NCBI GenBank assembly: GCA_944386415.1
Contig: CALXAY010000005.1
Location: 3,439-67,438, forward strand
Source: an uncultured Clostridia bacterium
Lineage (GTDB): Bacteria > Bacillota > Clostridia > TANB77 > CAG-508
Reading direction: 5' to 3'
Length of the DNA stretch: 64,000 nucleotides
Numbering within the stretch: position 1 is the first letter of the stretch; every line of letters starts with the position of its first letter. The translations under genes were made by a program, and so were the position numbers. A model generated the notes under the pieces. That model saw nothing but the letters and a program-made list of their open reading frames with translations. It had not been told where the DNA came from and searched no databases. This document shows positions 58,213 to 64,000 of this stretch, piece after piece.

Positions 58213-59191
58213 TTCTTCTACTCCTATTTAATAAAGTAATATATCTTATTGGTCTATTTGTATCCCAATTCATTATTTTACAATAGATTCCATTATGTTT
58301 TTTGTAATTATTTTTTTCACAACCAATACAATATATTTTTTGAGTAACATCTCCAAATAATGATATGTTAATTACTTCATCTGTTTTACAGCTATATGGA
58401 ACAACAAATTTAGTACCATCCATTTGCCAGATATTCCAAGAAATAATTTTTGCAATTTCTATAATATAATTAATAGAAGGTTCTTCCTTAAATTTATCTG
58501 AATAATTATCTATAAATGTATATAATAAATTTTCCCTTGCTATTAACAAATTATCACCTTGAAATTCAAATCCATATATATTCTTATATGCTTCACTTGC
58601 CCAATATATCCATTCTAATTTATCATTCACATTTTCGTTTATAACTCTTAGCTTTCTATCTAATAGTCCTATTCTGTTATGAACTTCTATTATGTTTCCA
58701 GATACATTATCATATCTACTTACCAAGTAAGGTGCTTCACCACACGACACCTCCATCCTTGTATCTAAAATATAATCTTGCCATAATTTTTTTGTTTTTG
58801 TTGGAAATTTAATTTTTTCTTTATTTGAAATCCATCCTTTATCAATTTCAATATTAAAAAAGTTTTCTTCTCCAGACCATGCATTATCTATTAAATTATT
58901 TTGCGAATTACATATCCAAGATGGAGTAAAAACTTCAGCTTTGTCCTTTATTCTTTTTTCCTGTTCTCTTTTACTTTTTTTTACTCTAGGTTTAATTATA
59001 TTTCCGTTATTTCCTGTTACACTTTCAATTCGTATATTATCTTTAACATCGAATCCAATACCTTTTTCTTTATAATTATCTGTCGCCCATATAATGTTTC
59101 TATTAGTTGTATGATCTTTAAGGAGAATACTCATTAATTCATAATTTGTGTTTAATAATGTATTTTCTTTTATATCCGTAGTTTTTTTCAC
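58199..59191 (-). CDS. 330-aa partner protein with partial methyltransferase-like motifs but no NPPY
   Basis: AEVFTPSWI (motif X-like), EVSCGEAPYLV (motif I-like), YGFEFQGDNLLIARENL. No (D/N/S)PP(Y/F) found. 14-nt overlap with the 1313-aa gene. Confidence 0.55.
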   Translation of the reverse strand: MKKTTDIKENTLLNTNYELMSILLKDHTTNRNIIWATDNYKEKGIGFDVKDNIRIESVTGNNGNIIKPRVKKSKREQEKRIKDKAEVFTPSWICNSQNNLIDNAWSGEENFFNIEIDKGWISNKEKIKFPTKTKKLWQDYILDTRMEVSCGEAPYLVSRYDNVSGNIIEVHNRIGLLDRKLRVINENVNDKLEWIYWASEAYKNIYGFEFQGDNLLIARENLLYTFIDNYSDKFKEEPSINYIIEIAKIISWNIWQMDGTKFVVPYSCKTDEVINISLFGDVTQKIYCIGCEKNNYKKHNGIYCKIMNWDTNRPIRYITLLNRSRRNGNK

Positions 59192-59281
59192 TTCATTCTC
59201 CTTTCCACTTTTTAAATCTTCTATAATATTTTATATCACAAAAAGCTTTTTTTCTCAACATATTTATTATATTTATTGTCT

Positions 59282-59902
59282 TTAATTCATTCCAAAAAAC
59301 TCATCATAAATATATCCAGCTTTAATATACATTTCAGTTAACTCCATCTTATACTTTTCTAATAACTCTAAATACTTCTGTTTAAAAATATTTTTGCATA
59401 ACCATTTAACACCTTCACTAGAAATAATAACTTTATTATTATCAAAATATTTATAATCATAAAAACCACTATCACACATTTTCCTATTTGCCTTTTTAAT
59501 ACTTGAATTTGATCTATTAAAATATTCTTCTAATTGTTTTATTGTCATATCTTCATTCCACCAATTTTCATTATGCTTTACTTTTAACAATTCTTCATAT
59601 TGTTTTATTCTGTTTTCAAAAAACTCTACATCAGCATCAATTTGCTTTTTCTCGTTTTGAAAATACACATATCTTAACCACTTATATCCTTCATCTAGGA
59701 TATAATATCTTCTACCTAATATCTTTTCACTTCTCCATCTACAGGTTGGATGTTTTTTTAGCATTACATATACTGCATATCTTAAATCTTTATGTGTTAT
59801 TTCTTTTCCATTTTTGGTTTTTATATTTAACATTTTAAATTTATTTAATATTTTTTTATAAGATAAAAATATTTTATCGAATTCGTTCATTGCAACTCTC
59901 AT
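59282..59902 (-). CDS. hypothetical phage/ICE-associated protein (206 aa)
   Basis: Internal duplication EGYKWLRYVYF / EGVKWLCKNIF. No confident family. Confidence 0.5.
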   Translation of the reverse strand: MRVAMNEFDKIFLSYKKILNKFKMLNIKTKNGKEITHKDLRYAVYVMLKKHPTCRWRSEKILGRRYYILDEGYKWLRYVYFQNEKKQIDADVEFFENRIKQYEELLKVKHNENWWNEDMTIKQLEEYFNRSNSSIKKANRKMCDSGFYDYKYFDNNKVIISSEGVKWLCKNIFKQKYLELLEKYKMELTEMYIKAGYIYDEFFGMN

Positions 59903-60150
59903 AATATCACTTTCCTTCTTTCTTCATTTTGCTAAATCTATTATTTATATTTTCTGAAATAGCAAAAGCTATTTTCAGAAAATCAAGAGCAAATTTTTTG
60001 CTCCGAATATTGTAGGTATTTATTCCTGCCCAATATTCGCCAGCCTGGTGTCTTGACACCCTTTTTGCTGTTTAGGGCAAAATTGCCCTAAAACCTTTTT
60101 AGCTTTCCGAGGGACATTTTTTATTTATTTTTGTATTTTATTTTGATAAA

Positions 60151-60196
60151 AATTAGGACAGTTTAGTAAAAAATTTTATACTTACTTGTCCTAATT
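60151..60196 (-). terminator. terminator after the DnaC-like gene
   Basis: 10-bp stem aattaggaca/tgtcctaatt with T-runs on both sides. Confidence 0.5.
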
Positions 60197-60276
60197 TTTT
60201 TGTAAATTTTTATTTACTTTTTTGCAAAAATAAATTATAATTTTTATAGAAAATATTTAAAAAGTTATCTTTTTAG

Positions 60277-61146
60277 TTAGCAATTGTTACAGCAATTACT
60301 AACTTTTTTATTCTTTATTCTATGGTCTCTATCTTCAATTTTTACTAAGTAACACATCTCGTATAGTCTTGAAATAATGGACTTTGCTGTTTCGATTTCT
60401 CCATTTATACTTATCCTATTTATTAATGAATTTTGATCATAATTTGTTGTTATAATTACTGGTAAATTATTTTCATATCTACTATTTATTATAGTAAATA
60501 ATTTTTCTAATCCCCATTCACTTGGCTTTTCTTTTCCTAAATCATCTATTATTAGCAAATCAACTTTTTCATATAATTTTATAATTTTCATCTCTGAAAT
60601 ATTATTATCTACATCATAAGTATTTTTTAATTCTGCTAATAAATTAATGAGTGTTCCATATATGATTGGTATTCCGTTTTTTATTAATTCGTTGGCAATA
60701 CTACAGGCTAAATGTGTTTTTCCAACTCCATTATTTCCTACTAAAATTAATCCTTTTCTTTCTGCTGAATTTGCTAGTTTTTCACTATATTCTTTTAAAA
60801 TCTTATACACTTTTTTATTATTTGAATTCACCTCAAAATTCTCAAATTTATAATTCAAATTTCTTTTACTCATTTTGCTATTTTTTATTATTTTGTCTAC
60901 CTTGTTAGCAAATTCCTGCATCATTCGTAATTTTTTCTCTTCTTCAAGCATTTGTAATTTTTTCATGTCATATTCATTCCAATACTTTTGTGCATCTTTG
61001 CAATTACATCTTTCATAATCTAATTTCATTACTCGTTTAGTGCTATATAAATTCCACTCTATTGTTTTTCTATATAATTTATTTTTGCAATATTCGCACT
61101 CAATGTAATCATTTTTATCAATCGAGGGTTTCAAAATTTGATTCAT
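60277..61146 (-). CDS. DnaC/IstB-like AAA+ helicase loader
   Basis: LILVGNNGVGKTHLACSIANEL, DLLIIDDLG, N-terminal Cys pairs. Confidence 0.8.
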   Translation of the reverse strand: MNQILKPSIDKNDYIECEYCKNKLYRKTIEWNLYSTKRVMKLDYERCNCKDAQKYWNEYDMKKLQMLEEEKKLRMMQEFANKVDKIIKNSKMSKRNLNYKFENFEVNSNNKKVYKILKEYSEKLANSAERKGLILVGNNGVGKTHLACSIANELIKNGIPIIYGTLINLLAELKNTYDVDNNISEMKIIKLYEKVDLLIIDDLGKEKPSEWGLEKLFTIINSRYENNLPVIITTNYDQNSLINRISINGEIETAKSIISRLYEMCYLVKIEDRDHRIKNKKVSNCCNNC

Positions 61147-61588
61147 CTATTCTTGTCTCCTTTCTATTCTCTTCTTTTCTTATCTTTTCTTGTGTAGAAT
61201 TATAAAAACTTTTTTCATTTTTAGATTCTTCAATTACTTTATTTGATTTTGCAATTTTGTTTAGTTTTTCAATACTTTGATACTTGTTCCAATTTTTAAC
61301 AAAGTATGTATTATCTTTATAAATTAGCATTCCTAAATCGATAAATTTTCTGAAAACTTTCGTAAAAGTTTTGGAAGATTTTCCGATAATATTCGTAAAA
61401 TCTTCAATTTTAAATGGTACATTATCACTAATATATAGCCCACCATTTCTGTTACATTCTCCAGCAATAGTTAAAATTTGAATCCATAATCTAAAATAAG
61501 TGTCCCCATCCTTTTCTTTTAGTAGAATTTTAATTTTTCTATTAGAGAATATATCGGTGCTTAATTTTATCCATCCAACTTGTCCCAT
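61118..61588 (-). CDS. phage replisome-organiser N-terminal domain protein
   Basis: WIKLSTDIFSNRKIKILL..GDTYFRLWIQILTIAGE. Confidence 0.65.
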   Translation of the reverse strand: MGQVGWIKLSTDIFSNRKIKILLKEKDGDTYFRLWIQILTIAGECNRNGGLYISDNVPFKIEDFTNIIGKSSKTFTKVFRKFIDLGMLIYKDNTYFVKNWNKYQSIEKLNKIAKSNKVIEESKNEKSFYNSTQEKIRKEENRKETRIDESNFETLD

Positions 61589-61602
61589 GACCTCCCTTCT
61601 TT

Positions 61603-61809
61603 CTAATCAGATTCTAATAATGAATCATTTTCTTTTTTGCTCAAATAAATATCTAGAGCTTCTTTTCTAAATAAGATTCTTTTTCCAACTCTAGAGCAAG
61701 GAATTTGTTTTCTTCTAACTAACTGAGTTATTAGCCAATATGATATTCCTAGATACTCTGCTGCTTCTTTTGCTGTTAGAGTTGTTCTATGTATTTTATC
61801 CAATGCCAT
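61603..61809 (-). CDS. excisionase/MerR-type HTH DNA-binding protein
   Basis: LTAKEAAEYLGISYWLITQLVRRKQIPCSRVGKRILFRKEALDIYL. ATG at 61809 behind AGGAGGTG. Confidence 0.75.
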   Translation of the reverse strand: MALDKIHRTTLTAKEAAEYLGISYWLITQLVRRKQIPCSRVGKRILFRKEALDIYLSKKENDSLLESD

Positions 61810-61857
61810 AATTACCACCTCCTATTCACATTAGTTAAATAAGTTTAAAGTTTTGTA

Positions 61858-61886
61858 TTGACAATTTTTATTTAACTATGTATAAT
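61858..61886 (+). promoter_or_regulatory. consensus sigma-A promoter for the 62013 gene
   Basis: TTGACA (61858..61863), a 17-nt spacer, TATAAT (61881..61886). It is immediately followed by the palindrome CTTGTTAACAAG. Confidence 0.7.
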
Positions 61887-62012
61887 CTTGTTAACAAGCT
61901 TGTTGCTTGCATTTTAATTGTTAATTTTGTAAAAGTCAATATTTTAAATGCATATATGATATAAATTAGCAACTTTTATAATACTTTTTCAATTGTTAAC
62001 AAGGAGGTTCTT

Positions 62013-63224
62013 ATGAAGTTTGATATTGTCTCTACAATTTACTATATAAAATTACATATTACTGATAACAAAGAACTTTTTACAAGAGATTCTTTTTCTA
62101 CTGTAAACGCATCATATGATAAAATCAATGACACATACACAATACTTAAGGAAAGAAATGAATTTAAAACTAAAAAAGAATACAATAAATATCTTTCTAC
62201 TTATTCTAGCAGTATATGCAAATTATATAAATCTGATTTTGTTAGCGAAGTAAATGAATTAGGAACTCTTTTATTAAAATTTGTGAATTATGATTTTACT
62301 GATTTTAATCGCTTTGTAGAGTTTGTACGTGAATATGGAATACCCGGAATAGACTTTTATGATGTTAACAAAGGACCTAGCAACCCATTTAATAAATATA
62401 TCAATTTAAATATTACAAATGACAAAAAAAATATTTTTTTAACTGAAAATGATTTTATTATAGTCTGCAAAAAAATTTTTGAAAAACGAAAGAAAATTCT
62501 AATAAAATATCAATCTGAATTTAAGAAATTAATTAATTTTACAAATAACCTATCAAATTTAGACTATTTGAGTGATTTTTCTATTGCTGATAGATTTTAT
62601 ATATATAAATATGCAAATGATGATTATATGGATATGTCACTAGAATTAAGTATATTTATTACTCTTTTGTATGATATAGAACCCCTAAAGGATTTTAATC
62701 CTCATTTATTTTATCACGTTAAAAGTAGTTTTGAAGAAAATGCAAAAACTATTGTGGAAAAGCTAAAAAGTTCTCATCAAAAATACGATAATGACTTTTT
62801 TCTATCTTTCTGCTTTAATTGTCATACAATCGAATCTGCTTGCTTTATAACTCTTTTAGAGTTAATAAAAAATGATACACCTATATATGTATGTAAAAAT
62901 TGTGGTAAATATTTTATTCCTTCTTCAAAGAAGAATACACTATATTGTGACAACATATATGAACATAACAAGACTTGCCAAGAGATTGGTGCGATGATAA
63001 CTTACAATGAGAAATTAAAAAAAGATGAAGTAAATGCATTATATAGAAAAACCTTATCAGCCAAAAAGATGTTAGCAAATAGAAATCCTGATATTCCTAT
63101 GTATTTAGAAAAATATGAAAAGTGGAAAGAAGAAGCTAATAAGTTTAAAGATGATATAAAACAAGGTTTAAAAACACAAGAAGATTTTAAGAATTGGATA
63201 GAAGAAACTAGAAAGAAATATTAA
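62013..63224 (+). CDS. hypothetical protein (403 aa) with C-terminal zinc-ribbon-like Cys cluster
   Basis: CKNCGKYF..YCDN..KTC. AAGGAGG RBS. Confidence 0.55.
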   Translation: MKFDIVSTIYYIKLHITDNKELFTRDSFSTVNASYDKINDTYTILKERNEFKTKKEYNKYLSTYSSSICKLYKSDFVSEVNELGTLLLKFVNYDFTDFNRFVEFVREYGIPGIDFYDVNKGPSNPFNKYINLNITNDKKNIFLTENDFIIVCKKIFEKRKKILIKYQSEFKKLINFTNNLSNLDYLSDFSIADRFYIYKYANDDYMDMSLELSIFITLLYDIEPLKDFNPHLFYHVKSSFEENAKTIVEKLKSSHQKYDNDFFLSFCFNCHTIESACFITLLELIKNDTPIYVCKNCGKYFIPSSKKNTLYCDNIYEHNKTCQEIGAMITYNEKLKKDEVNALYRKTLSAKKMLANRNPDIPMYLEKYEKWKEEANKFKDDIKQGLKTQEDFKNWIEETRKKY

Positions 63225-63270
63225 ATTCACATATATTAATTAAAACTATAAATTTAGGAGGTTAGATACA

Positions 63271-63777
63271 ATGCAAACCTTATACATAATAACAGGTCCA
63301 GCTGGAGTCGGTAAAAGTACCATTTCTCAAGGATTAGCTAAAAGAAGCCAAAAATCCGCATTAATTGAAGGAGACAATATATATCATCAAGTTATTGGTG
63401 GATATGCACAAGCTTGGAAACCTGAAAATCATTTAAAAACTTTTTGGAAAATATGCATAAATACAATTAAAATATATTTAGAGGATGGGTTTGATGTCGT
63501 ATTTAATTACATAATCTCTCCTAAAAATATTGAGTTAATAAAATCTTCAATTCAAAATTATAATATTAAAGTTGTCATTTTATTAACTGACGAATCCACT
63601 CTATTATCTAGAGATAAACAAAGACCTATAAATTGTCAAATGAATGAACGTTGTCTAACTTTATTAAATAATTTCAAGAATAGAAATTATAATCCAAAAA
63701 ATATATTAGATACATCTAATCTATCAATTGATGAAACTTTAAATATTATAGAAAATGAAAATAGATTTATTTTATAG
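63271..63777 (+). CDS. P-loop kinase-like protein (AAA_33/zeta-like)
   Basis: ITGPAGVGKST Walker A. 168 aa. Confidence 0.6.
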   Translation: MQTLYIITGPAGVGKSTISQGLAKRSQKSALIEGDNIYHQVIGGYAQAWKPENHLKTFWKICINTIKIYLEDGFDVVFNYIISPKNIELIKSSIQNYNIKVVILLTDESTLLSRDKQRPINCQMNERCLTLLNNFKNRNYNPKNILDTSNLSIDETLNIIENENRFIL

Positions 63778-63787
63778 GAGGTGTCAT

Positions 63788-64000
63788 ATGAACATACAGT
63801 TAGATTACTCTTTTTCTATTAATGAATTTCTAGAAATGGTCGAATCCGTTGGTTGGAAAACATATTCTGAGCTACAAGTTGAAAAAGCCTTGAAAAATAC
63901 AATGTATATGGTAAAAGCTACTGTTGACGGAAAACTAGCCGGCATAGGTAGAGTAGTTGGCGATTATAGCATTGTTTGTGTTTTAACAGATATCTGTGTA
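63788..64000 (+). CDS. GNAT-family acetyltransferase, partial (runs off right edge)
   Basis: ATG at 63788 behind GGAGGTG. MNIQLDYSF..ATVDGKLAGIGRVVGDYSIVCVLTDICV. Confidence 0.5.
   Translation, partial: MNIQLDYSFSINEFLEMVESVGWKTYSELQVEKALKNTMYMVKATVDGKLAGIGRVVGDYSIVCVLTDICV

Noticed and set aside
1-64000. CRISPR arrays, rRNA or tRNA genes, IS elements with terminal inverted repeats, retron-like ncRNA plus RT
   Set aside because: Scanning the intergenic regions by eye, I found no regularly spaced direct repeats, no cloverleaf candidates, and no transposase or reverse-transcriptase ORF.

Overview
Very AT-rich, low-GC Firmicutes/Clostridia-like chromosomal segment. Almost every credible gene is on the minus strand. 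All family names rest on motifs I read by eye from the translations; no database or HMM search was run.

Three blocks:

(i) 1-7.6 kb, accessory. One operon holds an unknown 291-aa gene, an N-terminally truncated DnaB-like ATPase and a partial PolC-like C-family polymerase. That polymerase is missing from the ORF track because it runs off the left edge. A second operon holds a Cas4/RecB plus DnaQ-like dual nuclease (DUF2779-like), an unknown 316-aa protein ending in RNxxxH, and a WYL regulator.

(ii) 7.7-43.2 kb, core. It contains a tcdA-like gene, an FAD oxidoreductase, nifS, a patatin, two GLUG/pilin-like plus XRE cassettes, a WG-repeat protein and a CNNM protein. It also has a sortase, a thioester adhesin, an LPXTG protein, an HK/RR pair, MscS, dnaG-rpoD, a RelQ-type synthetase, proS and scpB. 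Last come a 56-aa ferredoxin (also absent from the track), a four-subunit 2-oxoacid:ferredoxin oxidoreductase, and fruK-fruA-ptsH-ptsI.

(iii) 43.2-64 kb, a defence island inside a phage/ICE-like element. It contains:
- a tightly coupled five-ORF cassette: AAA_14/DUF4143 ATPase, TM protein, unannotated 43-aa ORF, ThsB-like TIR, 4-TM protein. No ThsA-type partner is present.
- a complete type II CBASS (CD-NTase, Cap2, Cap3, TM effector).
- an AAA ATPase plus TOPRIM-like pair.
- a 1313-aa GIY-YIG-helicase-N6A-methyltransferase fusion with a 330-aa partner.
- a DnaC-like/replisome-organiser/Xis-like module.

The best candidate for an undescribed system is the TIR-like plus small multi-TM pair and the ATPase/TM module fused to it. 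Secondary candidates are the WYL-linked dual-nuclease operon and the minimal PolC/DnaB module.

Five genes (nifS, CNNM, both GLUG genes, cap2) are each broken by a single extra base, four of them inside a run of 3-6 identical bases and nifS at a GG pair. This looks like assembly error rather than biology.
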